Positions 8,966-17,911 of a stretch of DNA of 64,000 nucleotides are shown here, piece after piece. The position numbers and the translations under genes are program-made. How positions within the stretch are numbered: position 1 is the stretch's first letter; each line of letters begins with the position of its first letter. The notes under the pieces are model-generated. The model worked only from the letters and a program-made list of their open reading frames with translations. It made no database searches and had not been told where the DNA came from. Origin of the DNA: Verrucomicrobiota bacterium. Its GTDB lineage: Bacteria; Verrucomicrobiota; Verrucomicrobiia; Chthoniobacterales; Chthoniobacteraceae. Location: assembly GCA_037975925.1 (NCBI GenBank), contig JBANFR010000002.1:4041-68040 (forward strand), written 5' to 3'.

Positions 8966-9721
8966 ATGCGTGTATTTTTAACGCTTTTGGGTCGCGAGGT
9001 GAAAAGTTTTTTTTATTCTCCGATTGCTTATGTGGTTATTTTTTTCTTTCTAATCGCAAGTGGGTTCAATTTTTATTCGGGGGTTTCTTTTTTAAATCAG
9101 AGTCCCTCTGAGGTGACTGTGGTGGAAGCTGCGTTTAATACGGTTCTTTTCTGGTTTCCTTTTGTTTTGATATTCCCGCTGATAACGATGCGCACGTATG
9201 CGGATGAGTTCAGGATGGGAACCATCGAAACGCTGACGACAGCACCAGTGCAGGACTGGCAAGTGGTTCTTTCGAAATTCCTGGGAGCTTGGAGCTTCTA
9301 TGTTTTGCTGTGGGCGCCCAGCTTCCTGTATTTTTTTGCATTCACTCAGATCACAGGTAAGCAGGCGGCAATGGCCGCAGGTGCCTTCGGGGGGAGCTAC
9401 CTATTGCTCCTTCTGATAGGTGCTTTTTATGTTTCCTTGGGGTGCCTCGCTTCTGCCTTGACCAGCGAGCAGATCAACGCGGCAGTGATGACCTTTGTTG
9501 CAATATTCGGTTTCTTTGTGGCGGGTCTTTTGGGCTTTATCCTGAATTCGCCAAGCCAGGCAGTGCGTGACGTGATTTCTTACTTCTCCGCAGTCGAACA
9601 CATGGCGGATTTTTCGAGGGGGCTAATCGATAGTCGGCCACTGGTTTGGTATGGAAGCATGACGGTGCTCGTGTTGTTTTTAAACCTTCAGGTATTTCAG
9701 TACCGGAAGTGGAAAGCCTAA
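8966..9721 (+). CDS. ABC-2 type transporter permease (GldF-like)
   Basis: 251 aa and multi-pass hydrophobic. It lies immediately downstream of the ATPase and has the typical ABC-2 permease size and organisation. Confidence 0.75.
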   Translation: MRVFLTLLGREVKSFFYSPIAYVVIFFFLIASGFNFYSGVSFLNQSPSEVTVVEAAFNTVLFWFPFVLIFPLITMRTYADEFRMGTIETLTTAPVQDWQVVLSKFLGAWSFYVLLWAPSFLYFFAFTQITGKQAAMAAGAFGGSYLLLLLIGAFYVSLGCLASALTSEQINAAVMTFVAIFGFFVAGLLGFILNSPSQAVRDVISYFSAVEHMADFSRGLIDSRPLVWYGSMTVLVLFLNLQVFQYRKWKA

Positions 9722-9742
9722 CCGATTTTTGGAGTCTTCATC

Positions 9743-11266
9743 ATGGACAAGCATAACCTTCCTCAACAGCCTGCCACGACGGGTTTGAAGCGTTTCACCA
9801 TCGGACTCAATGTTGTCGTCCAGGTGGTAATATTCGTTGCGATTGTAGGGATGCTCAACTACGTGAGCTTTCGTCATTTCAAGCGCTGGGATTTTTCCCG
9901 GAATCAGAAATATGCGTTGGCGCCGCTGACAAAAAACTTGTTGTCGGGTCTGAAAAAGCCGGTGAAAGCCGTGGTGTTTTTTCCCAGTGCCCAAGCGATA
10001 GCGCAGGATGTGAGTGCGCTGTTGCGCGAATACGAGTATGCCTCGGACAAAAAGCTGTCGGTTGAAGTCGTGGATCCGTATCGCAATTTGCTGAGAGCGA
10101 AAGAGCTATCGGAGAAATATAAATTCGGCTCTAGCGATAATATCGTCATTCTGGACTACGAGGGCCGGTCCAAGTTTGTGAACGCGATGGACATGGCGGA
10201 ACTGGATAATTCGGGCGCCATGATGGGGCAGCCACCGATCGTGAGAGCATTCAAGGGGGAGGAGGCAATGACCTCTGCCCTGCTTGAACTCACGGAGGAG
10301 AAACAAAGTAAGCTGTATTTTGTGACGGGGCACGGAGAAACGGCCCCGACTGGCCAAGATCTATTTGCACTGAAAGCGTTTATTGAACGTCAGAACATTA
10401 AGCTGGATAGCCTCAACCTGAGTAATGTGGATGCAGTCCCTGCGGATGCTTCTGCGGTGGTGGTCATGGGGCCGAGGACGGATCTTTCGGAGCGCGAGGT
10501 TCAATTACTGTCGCAGTACTGGAATGAGAAAAAGGGGCGGCTGTTTCTGCTTTTGGGCGCCGCATCGAAGACGCCGCGTCTGAATGAGTGGTTGAGCGCT
10601 CAAGGGATGACGCCGCAGCAGGATGTGGTGGTCCGGACCGCGAATATGCTGATGATGGAGAACGGGCAACCGGTGGTCCGCCCTGGCACCCGTACGACGG
10701 CGGTGGGGGTGGTGCCGCCAAGCGGCAAGAATGTATTGAAGGATATTGTGGGTTTCGATCTGGAATTGGCGGGCACTTCGCAGTCGATTGCGGTGGATGC
10801 CGCAAAGGCGGCAGGAGCCAAGGTCCGGACCCTTGCATTGCTCACCAGTCCTGCAGAGTTTTGGGGGGAAACGGAGTACGTGCCTCGGGACCCCCGTCCT
10901 GCCGTAAAGGAGGCGGGGAAAGATCATTTGGGGCCGTTGACTTTGGCGGTTGCGGCAGAAAAAGGTGGGTTGGATGATCCCCGGGTGAAAGTGGAGACGG
11001 CACGGTTGGTTTTAGTGGGTAACTCCGCCTTTGTATCGAATGAGGGGCTACGCGCTTCGGAGGCTGGGATTGATTTTGCGGTCAACGCATTAAACTGGCT
11101 GATTAACCGCGAGCAATTGGTTGGGATAGCGCCCAAGCCGAAGCAGGCTGTTCGTCTCAGCCTCAATGAAAGGCAAATGGGGCGTTTGGCGCTTGTTGTG
11201 ATGGGAATTATTCCGGCGATTGTGGCCTGTTTTGGCGCCTTCGCTTGGTGGAAACGTCGTAACTAA
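9743..11266 (+). CDS. GldG-family ABC transporter auxiliary protein
   Basis: It has an N-terminal and a C-terminal TM helix. The block FKRWDFSRNQKYALAPLTKNLLSGLKKPVKAVVFF...LLREYEYASDKKLSVEVVDP is characteristic of the ABC_transp_aux/GldG family. Confidence 0.7.
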   Translation: MDKHNLPQQPATTGLKRFTIGLNVVVQVVIFVAIVGMLNYVSFRHFKRWDFSRNQKYALAPLTKNLLSGLKKPVKAVVFFPSAQAIAQDVSALLREYEYASDKKLSVEVVDPYRNLLRAKELSEKYKFGSSDNIVILDYEGRSKFVNAMDMAELDNSGAMMGQPPIVRAFKGEEAMTSALLELTEEKQSKLYFVTGHGETAPTGQDLFALKAFIERQNIKLDSLNLSNVDAVPADASAVVVMGPRTDLSEREVQLLSQYWNEKKGRLFLLLGAASKTPRLNEWLSAQGMTPQQDVVVRTANMLMMENGQPVVRPGTRTTAVGVVPPSGKNVLKDIVGFDLELAGTSQSIAVDAAKAAGAKVRTLALLTSPAEFWGETEYVPRDPRPAVKEAGKDHLGPLTLAVAAEKGGLDDPRVKVETARLVLVGNSAFVSNEGLRASEAGIDFAVNALNWLINREQLVGIAPKPKQAVRLSLNERQMGRLALVVMGIIPAIVACFGAFAWWKRRN

Positions 11267-11289
11267 TTTATTTACTGATTGGATTGTTT

Positions 11290-13077
11290 ATGAAGCCGCG
11301 TACCACATTGATTCTGGCCGCTCTCGCCGGGGGGGTCTTCGCGTATATTTGGTTTGTCGAAAGACACACCCCTTCCTCGAGGGAGGAGGCGGAAAATTCT
11401 GCAAAGGTCGTCAAGATTGAGCAGAATAAGGTGCATTCCATTTCGATTCAGAACGGCGATTCGAAAGTGGAGTTGCGAAAGAAAGATGAGGTATGGAGGG
11501 TGGAGCAACCGCTGTCTGATCGGGCGGATGGGGCGCTGGTGGGGCAATTGCTTGGAGCGGTAGAATCCTTGAGGCACGATTCGAAGCTGGAAATCGCTGC
11601 GAATCAGGAAAAGGAGAAGTGGAAGGAGTTTGGGGTCGCGGAGTCGGATGTGCGAATCAAGGTGCAGTCGGATTCGGGCAAAGAGACTCTGTTGCTGTTG
11701 GGGAAAGACAGCGCCGTGGAGGGGAAAATCTATGTGCGCTCTCAAGGATCGAACACGGTTTACGTGGTCTCCAATAGCCTGAAGACGCAGGTGACGCGGA
11801 AGCCCGACGAGTTCCGTGATAAAAAGCTATCGGATACGCCGAGTCAGCAGGTGCAGCGGGTCACGGTGAAGACGTCCGAGGGAGAGTTGGAATTAGAGAA
11901 AAAGAACAACCACTGGGATCTTGTAAAACCGCTGAGAGCGCGCGCTGCGGATCAGAAGGTGAATGATTTGTTGGCGGGTGTTCTGACGGCACAGGTATCG
12001 CAGTTTTTGCCGGAGGCGACGACTCCGGAGCAAGGCTTGGCGGAGCCCCGGGCGACCGTGGTTCTTCAAGTGGAGGGCCAGAAGGAGCCGGTCACATTAA
12101 AGGTGGGTGCAGCGCCGAGCGGGGACGAAAACAAGGATCGTTCGTTTGCGAGGCTTTCCTCGCGGGCGGCGGTGACGGTTCTTTCCAATTCTGCGCTGAA
12201 CCCCCTGTTGCAGGCTCGCCCCAACGATTTGCGTGACAAGAAGCTCTTGAGGTTTGAGAGCGATATTGTGGATCGGATTTCGATTCAGCCTGCGGGGCAA
12301 CCTCCGTTGTTGCTGGCTCGGAAAGGGGAGGGCTGGGTGAAGAAGGACGGGGAGAAGGAGGTGAAGATCAACGAATCGATTGCTTCGAAGTTGCTCTCCA
12401 GCTTGCAGTCTGCGGAGGTGACGAATTTTGTGTCCGACGTGGCTTCGGACCTTCCCAAATACGGGTTGGACCAGCCTCAGGTCCGACTGACTCTTGCCTC
12501 TTATGCTTCGGAAAACACGGCGGAAACGAAGTCCGGCGAGAGAGCTTTAGCGACTGTGCTTTTTGGGACGGTGGAAGGGGACAGCGGGTACGCGAAGATT
12601 GAAGATGAGCCCTTTGTGGTGGCTTCACCCAAATCGCTCCTTGAGTTGATTCCGCGCCACTCGGCTCAGCTCCAACCCTTGAGCGTGTGGGAATTCCAAG
12701 CGGATAGCATTGTGGCGGTCGAGGTTGCTGGAGAGGGTGCGCCGGTGAGGGTCGAAAAGAAGGAGGGCGCGTGGAAGTTGGCCGGAGGCGAGGGAGCGGT
12801 CAACGAGGCTGCGGTGCAATCGTTGGTGAAGGCGGCAGGGAGCTTGAGAGCTGCCCGTTGGATGGCACCGGGGGAGTCTGGGGAAAAAGAGGAGGACAAA
12901 CCGACGTTGAAGCTGACATTGAGCCAGAAGGAGGGGGAGAAAACGGAGACCTTGGAGTTGGTGGTGGGGAGAGCGCTGGGTGAGGAGGGGTTTTACTCGA
13001 AGGTTTCTGGAAAAGAGGGCGTGTTTTTGCTGCCCAAGGCGGACTACGGCCCCTTGGGCGCAAAGCTGACGCAGTAG
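11290..13077 (+). CDS. DUF4340-like protein (fourth member of the GldA/F/G-type cluster)
   Basis: ATG at 11290 (MKPRTTLILAALAGGVFAYIWF; the track ORF starts at an upstream TTG). It contains repeated ~90-aa units of the form ...W.l..P...rAD...v..ll..l..., as in DUF4340 proteins. The synteny with GldG-like genes is typical. Confidence 0.6.
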   Translation: MKPRTTLILAALAGGVFAYIWFVERHTPSSREEAENSAKVVKIEQNKVHSISIQNGDSKVELRKKDEVWRVEQPLSDRADGALVGQLLGAVESLRHDSKLEIAANQEKEKWKEFGVAESDVRIKVQSDSGKETLLLLGKDSAVEGKIYVRSQGSNTVYVVSNSLKTQVTRKPDEFRDKKLSDTPSQQVQRVTVKTSEGELELEKKNNHWDLVKPLRARAADQKVNDLLAGVLTAQVSQFLPEATTPEQGLAEPRATVVLQVEGQKEPVTLKVGAAPSGDENKDRSFARLSSRAAVTVLSNSALNPLLQARPNDLRDKKLLRFESDIVDRISIQPAGQPPLLLARKGEGWVKKDGEKEVKINESIASKLLSSLQSAEVTNFVSDVASDLPKYGLDQPQVRLTLASYASENTAETKSGERALATVLFGTVEGDSGYAKIEDEPFVVASPKSLLELIPRHSAQLQPLSVWEFQADSIVAVEVAGEGAPVRVEKKEGAWKLAGGEGAVNEAAVQSLVKAAGSLRAARWMAPGESGEKEEDKPTLKLTLSQKEGEKTETLELVVGRALGEEGFYSKVSGKEGVFLLPKADYGPLGAKLTQ

Positions 13078-13096
13078 ATGGGAAGGTGACAGGGCA

Positions 13097-13888
13097 TTGG
13101 CGGAGGGGGGAGAACCCTCCGCCTGGGGTAGCGATCTTTTTTGTGCTCAGAAAAAGGTGCGCGGCAGGACCCCGGGGTACGATTTTATCTGTGTGAAGGA
13201 TGTGACACGGAATGGGCACGGAGATCGGGAGCACGCTGTGGAAAAGCTTCTCCACCAAGGGCAGGCCTCGCTGAGTGACCGCGAGCTTTTGTCCGTATTG
13301 CTGAGGGCTGACCGTCTTGGGGTCGAGTCGGGGGAGGTCAGCCGCAGGCTTCTGGAGCGGTACGGGTCCTTGGGGGGGCTGAGCCGTTGCTCGGTGGAGG
13401 AATTGGCGCGAATTAAGGGGATTGGTCCGGCGAAGGCAAATCGACTGGTGGCGGCCTTCGGTCTCGCAAACCGTCTTTTGACCGAAAGTGTGAAGCGGGA
13501 GAGGATCGACTCTCCCGAGCGTGTTTTTCAGCTTTTGGGGCTGGAGATGCGCGTTCTTAGCAAAGAATCGCTGCGGGTGGTGCTGTTGGATACCCGGTAC
13601 CACCTGATGCGGGTGGAGGAGGTGTCGCGGGGGACGGTCAACGAAAGTATTGCGCATCCCCGCGACATTTTTGCCCCGGTTTTTACGGCGGCCGCTTTTG
13701 CGTTTGTGCTCGTCCACAATCACCCCTCGGGTGACCCCTCTCCGAGTGAGGCTGACCGCCGGTTGACCACCCGTTTAGGGGAGGCTGCGCGTTTGCTTCA
13801 GGTCCAACTCTTGGACCATGTGATTGTGGGGAGTGCGGACAATGGGCGGAGCCCCTGGTACTCCTTCAAGCAAGCGGGCTTTTTGTGA
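13097..13888 (+). CDS. radC: RadC-family JAMM/MPN-domain protein
   Basis: LSDRELLSVLLR, HhH-like ELARIKGIGPAKANRLVAAFGL and the JAMM motif LVHNHPSGDPSPSEAD are present. The start is uncertain: the track start at 13097 is TTG, and in-frame GTG codons follow. Confidence 0.85.
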   Translation: MAEGGEPSAWGSDLFCAQKKVRGRTPGYDFICVKDVTRNGHGDREHAVEKLLHQGQASLSDRELLSVLLRADRLGVESGEVSRRLLERYGSLGGLSRCSVEELARIKGIGPAKANRLVAAFGLANRLLTESVKRERIDSPERVFQLLGLEMRVLSKESLRVVLLDTRYHLMRVEEVSRGTVNESIAHPRDIFAPVFTAAAFAFVLVHNHPSGDPSPSEADRRLTTRLGEAARLLQVQLLDHVIVGSADNGRSPWYSFKQAGFL

Positions 13889-13908
13889 GGGCGCGGGGCA
13901 GGGGTGAA

Positions 13909-14856
13909 TTAGAGGGAGGTTTTTTTGAGAAGGTCTGCGGCTTGGTGAATGGATGCGGCGTCGCTGATGGAGACGCAGGGGGTTCCCTTCCTGGTTCGGG
14001 AGAGAAGTCCTGCCAGAACTCCGCCGGGGCCGAACTCGAGGAACAAATCACAGTGCACCTGGTCTAGGAGATACTCCATGGACTGAGTCCAGAGTACGGA
14101 ACCGGTGACCTGGTTGGTGAGGGTCTGGCGAATTTCCTCCGGGGCTGAGACTGGGCGCGCGAGAACGTTACACACGAGCGGAAATTGGGGGGAGAGGATG
14201 GGGGTCTCCCCGAGGATGTGGCCGAGTTTTGCGGCGGCGGAAGCCATGAGACTAGAATGGTAGGCTCCGGCGACATTGAGGGGTTTTGCGATGCGGATTC
14301 CCCTTTCCTTGGCGAGCGAGACGGCCTGGCTGACCCGGTCTTTTTCGCCGGAGAGCACAATTTGGCCTGGGCTATTAAAATTGGCGACGTCCACTCCGGT
14401 ATCTGCCGCGAGTTGGCGGACTGCGCTTTCCTCGCCCCCAATCATGGCCGCCATGCTGCCGGCGGTTGATTCGCAAGCCTCCTGCATGAAAGTACCCCTT
14501 TGGGAGACGAGCCGGAGTCCGGTCGGGAAGTCAAAGCTTCCGGCGGCGGCGTGAGCGGTGAATTCGCCTAGAGAAAGACCGGCGGCAGCGGCGACTGGAA
14601 ATTCTCCTGTGAGCGAGCGTAGCGCTGCGAGGCATGCAAGCCCGTGGACGTAGAGGGCGGGTTGGCAGTGGCAAGTGCGGGTGAGCTCAGATTCGGGGCC
14701 TTCCCATGCGATTTGGCTGAGGCCATAGCCCAAAGTGGCGTCGGCTTCGCGGAAAAGCTCGGCGGCTTCCGGAAACTGGAGTGCGAGGTCGCGGCCCATA
14801 CCGACGGCTTGGGCGCCCTGCCCGGTGAACAAGAGTGCGATGCGTTTTTCGGTCAT
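13909..14856 (-). CDS. fabD: ACP S-malonyltransferase (malonyl-CoA:ACP transacylase)
   Basis: MTEKRIALLFTGQGAQAVGMGRDL and the active-site region AAGLSLGEFTAHAAAG are present. The ATG overlaps the upstream stop (ATGA). Confidence 0.9.
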   Translation of the reverse strand: MTEKRIALLFTGQGAQAVGMGRDLALQFPEAAELFREADATLGYGLSQIAWEGPESELTRTCHCQPALYVHGLACLAALRSLTGEFPVAAAAGLSLGEFTAHAAAGSFDFPTGLRLVSQRGTFMQEACESTAGSMAAMIGGEESAVRQLAADTGVDVANFNSPGQIVLSGEKDRVSQAVSLAKERGIRIAKPLNVAGAYHSSLMASAAAKLGHILGETPILSPQFPLVCNVLARPVSAPEEIRQTLTNQVTGSVLWTQSMEYLLDQVHCDLFLEFGPGGVLAGLLSRTRKGTPCVSISDAASIHQAADLLKKTSL

Positions 14857-15986
14857 AAAGAAAAGGAGGGATTCAGGAGGTGAATGAGTCGGGCCGTTCT
14901 GGCAGCCGCGCGTTCCAGCAATTTGGCGGTTTGTTTCATGGCGTCGGCCAGTTCCATGGGGTGATCCACGATGGGCACCAGAGCGTCAAATTGGCAGGCA
15001 AGCTGTGGGTCGGTGCTGATGGAGCCTCCGAAGGCGATGACCTTTTTGCCAAGCGCATGCGCCCACTGTGCCACTCCGACGGGTCCCTTGCCCTCGAGCG
15101 TTTGTGAATCGATACGGCCTTCAGCGGTGATGACTATGTCGGCAGCGGCGATGCGTTCTCGGAGTCCGCTGGCGTTTGCAATCAGCTCAAAGCCCGGCTC
15201 CAAACGGGCATTGAGAAAGGACAGGAGTCCGTACCCGATTCCACCGGCGGCGCCTGCACCTGGAATGTTTCGGAATTGGGTGCCCAGTTCTTGTGTGACT
15301 TTATCGGAGAGGTGCTCGAGGCCATTTTCCAGAAAGTGGACCATTTTTGAGTCGGCCCCTTTTTGGGGGGCAAAGACGGCGGCGGTTCCCCGGCTACCGA
15401 GAAGGGGGTTCTCGACATCGCAGGCGGCGATGATTTCTGGGAATGAGACGGGAGATGGGGCGTGGATCTTATCGATACGATGGAGCTCGGCGGGCACGGG
15501 TTCCACTGGCGATCCGTCTTTTGCCAGAAAGCGGTACCCGAGGGCGGCTGCCATTCCGATTCCGGCGTCGGTCGTGGCGCTTCCGCCCAGGCCTACCAGA
15601 ATGCGGGCAGCGCCGCGCTGGATGGCGTCGCGGATGAGCAGGCCGGTGCCGAAGGTGTTCGCCTTTTCAGGCGCGAGTTCGGAGGGGTGGAGGCGCCACA
15701 ACCCGGAAGCGTCGCTCATTTCGATGGCCGCGGTGCGGGTCTTTGGAGCCCAGACGTAGCGGCAGAGGATGGGGCGTCCGAGGGGATCCACGGATGGGGT
15801 TTCAATCCATTCGCCGCCCAGTGAATTTTTGAGCACCTCGCAAAATCCCTCACCGCCATCGGCAATCGGGGAGTGGATGAATTCGGCCTGGGGGGCCCCG
15901 AGGGTCCAACCGGCTGCGATGGCCTCGGCGACTCGTGGAGCCGAGAGGGCGCCTTTGAATTTGTCTGGGGCGAGGAGAATTTTCAC
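14853..15986 (-). CDS. glycerate kinase
   Basis: The GTG-initiated ORF starts MKILLAPDKFKGALSAPRVAEAIAAGW. ADGGEG and ...VITAEGRIDSQTLEGKGPVGVA... match the glycerate kinase family. Confidence 0.85.
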   Translation of the reverse strand: MKILLAPDKFKGALSAPRVAEAIAAGWTLGAPQAEFIHSPIADGGEGFCEVLKNSLGGEWIETPSVDPLGRPILCRYVWAPKTRTAAIEMSDASGLWRLHPSELAPEKANTFGTGLLIRDAIQRGAARILVGLGGSATTDAGIGMAAALGYRFLAKDGSPVEPVPAELHRIDKIHAPSPVSFPEIIAACDVENPLLGSRGTAAVFAPQKGADSKMVHFLENGLEHLSDKVTQELGTQFRNIPGAGAAGGIGYGLLSFLNARLEPGFELIANASGLRERIAAADIVITAEGRIDSQTLEGKGPVGVAQWAHALGKKVIAFGGSISTDPQLACQFDALVPIVDHPMELADAMKQTAKLLERAAARTARLIHLLNPSFSL

Positions 15987-16184
15987 GAACCTTGAGGATG
16001 GGTGTGCCGGCGAGGATAGGCAAGTTTAGGGGGGGGGATGCGGGAGGGGCTCCTGCCGCGGGAGCCAAAGAATCGAACAACTTCCTAAAAGTCAGTTATT
16101 TCAACTGAGGAATCTTCCGATTAACTAAGTAGACACCTAATTTGAGGCTGGCGAAGTGATCGTCCCTCTAACCTCTGCGAAGCC

Positions 16185-17795
16185 ATGGCAACTATAGCTG
16201 TTCTCGGGACCCTGGATACCAAAGGAGCGGAGCATCAGTATGTGGCTGAGTGCATTCAGAGGATTGGACACCGGAGCCTTCTGTTGGATGTGGGTTTTGG
16301 GGGCGCGCCCCGTGTGACTCCGGATGTGTCCCGCGAGAGGATTTTGGAAATGGCAGGAGGCACTCCGGGCGATCGTTTTGGAGACAAGGACTCTGGAATG
16401 GCTGCGATGGTGGCTGCGCTGCCCAAGGCGCTGCTGAGCTTGTATCAGGATCATCAGATCCAGGGGGTGATTTCGGTGGGGGGAGAGTGTGGGACCGAGA
16501 TTGCGACGGCCGGGATGCGGGCGTTGCCCTTGGGATTTCCGAAGGTGATGGTGACGCCACTTTCTGGGACGGATATGGCGCGGTATGTCGGGTTCCGGGA
16601 CATTCTGCTGTTTCCGAGTCTGGCGGATGTGTTTGGGCTCAATCGGTTGCTGCGGGCGACCCTGGCGCAGGCGGCCGGGGTGGTGTGCGGGATGATCGAG
16701 TTTTCTGCCAATATTAGCACGGTGGGAGAGAAGCCTCTGGTCGTGGCAAGCACGACGCCGCATTGCGCCGCTGGGATTGACCGTGCCATCGCGGTGGTGG
16801 AGGGAGCGGGATACGAGGTTTTGCGGATTCCCTCGGACGGCTCGGGAGGGCGTAGTTTGGAAGCGATTGTGGACAGCGGGCTTGCGGCGGGCGTCCTCGA
16901 TATGAGTCTGCGCGAATGGACGGACGAGGTGCTGGGAGGGCCTTGTGGTGCGGGGCCGACGCGTTTGGAGGCGGCGGCGCTCAACGGGGTTCCGGCGGTG
17001 GTGGTTCCCGGAGGGGTCGATTTGGCGATGGTTCCGGAAGATCCATCGGTGCTCTCCAAGTGGAGGGAGAGGACGTTTTACAAGCTGAATACCAAGACGC
17101 GGTGGATGCGTTCCGATGCCGCTGAGTGTGAAAAAATTGGAAGAAAGATCGCCGAGAAGCTGAATCTTTCGACGGGCCCGGTGAGCGTGCTTTTGCCGGT
17201 GCGTGGGATTAGTGCGCTGAGTTCGCCCGGGAAGCCGTTTCATGATCCGGAGGCGGACAGGGCTCTTTTCCGCGGAATCCGGGAGAATCTTTCCAAGGAA
17301 ATCTCTGTAAAGGAGTTGAAGGCGACGATCAGTGACGCTGCGTTTGCGGAGGCCTGTGCTCGGGCTTTGTTGGGAAACATCAAGGCGAAGGCCCGAGACT
17401 TTGAGAATCTGCAGAAGGTCGAGTTTTTTGAGGGGGAGTCGGAGGCCTTCCTCAGGCAGTTAGCTCGCCTGCTGCACACGGAGGTCTTTTTGCCCAACGA
17501 CTTTATTATCCGTCAGGATGAAGTCGGGGATTGCATGTACTTTCTGGCCAGTGGTTCTGCCGAGGTTCTGAACAATGGGCACCGTGTGGCGAAGTTGGGC
17601 AGCGGGGCTCCCTTTGGCGAGATGGCGTTGGTATCGGGTGAGAGGCGGAATGCGAGCGTCCGGGCGATGGAGTATTGCGAAGTGCATCGCCTTGAACGGG
17701 AGGATTTTGGGATGCTTCGAACGAATTATCCGGCCTTCGACATGCGGGTGAAAGCCATTGTGAAGCAGCGCATCATGTCCAACTTGCACACCTGA
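16185..17795 (+). CDS. UPF0261 (Tm-1-like ATP-binding) domain protein with a C-terminal cyclic-nucleotide-binding domain
   Basis: The N-terminus MATIAVLGTLDTKGAEHQYVAECIQ...LLLDVG is typical of UPF0261. The last ~128 aa carry a cNMP-binding fold signature (FGEMALVSGERRNASVRA). Confidence 0.75.
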   Translation: MATIAVLGTLDTKGAEHQYVAECIQRIGHRSLLLDVGFGGAPRVTPDVSRERILEMAGGTPGDRFGDKDSGMAAMVAALPKALLSLYQDHQIQGVISVGGECGTEIATAGMRALPLGFPKVMVTPLSGTDMARYVGFRDILLFPSLADVFGLNRLLRATLAQAAGVVCGMIEFSANISTVGEKPLVVASTTPHCAAGIDRAIAVVEGAGYEVLRIPSDGSGGRSLEAIVDSGLAAGVLDMSLREWTDEVLGGPCGAGPTRLEAAALNGVPAVVVPGGVDLAMVPEDPSVLSKWRERTFYKLNTKTRWMRSDAAECEKIGRKIAEKLNLSTGPVSVLLPVRGISALSSPGKPFHDPEADRALFRGIRENLSKEISVKELKATISDAAFAEACARALLGNIKAKARDFENLQKVEFFEGESEAFLRQLARLLHTEVFLPNDFIIRQDEVGDCMYFLASGSAEVLNNGHRVAKLGSGAPFGEMALVSGERRNASVRAMEYCEVHRLEREDFGMLRTNYPAFDMRVKAIVKQRIMSNLHT

Positions 17796-17911
17796 GAGGG
17801 GACCCTCGCAAGGGGTGTGCGCAACGGAGGCCCCTCTGTGCTTGTCAGCAAGTGCTGCGGGGGCGGCCAATCTCCCGGAGTTTTCCCCCCTTGGGGTGCA
17901 ACGAGGTACTC

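Noticed and set aside
8966-9721. Visibly lower GC and T-rich runs in the ABC-2 permease gene (and in the K+ channel gene 44478-45875), considered as a sign of horizontal transfer.
   Set aside because: Both encode very hydrophobic Phe/Leu/Ile-rich membrane proteins, which by itself lowers GC. The flanking genes of the same operon look compositionally normal, and there are no mobility genes.
16137-17243. A long antisense ORF of 368 aa. Similar ones lie at 12800-13723(-), 20041-21105(-), 21197-22048(-), 36374-37165(-), 36858-37754(-), 53746-55377(+), 52249-53637(+), 33910-35508(+) and 62250-63287(+).
   Set aside because: All lie opposite or out of frame to genes with strong family signatures. 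Their translations are Arg/Pro/His/Gly-rich and low in complexity, as expected for shadow ORFs in high-GC DNA. None carries a recognisable motif.
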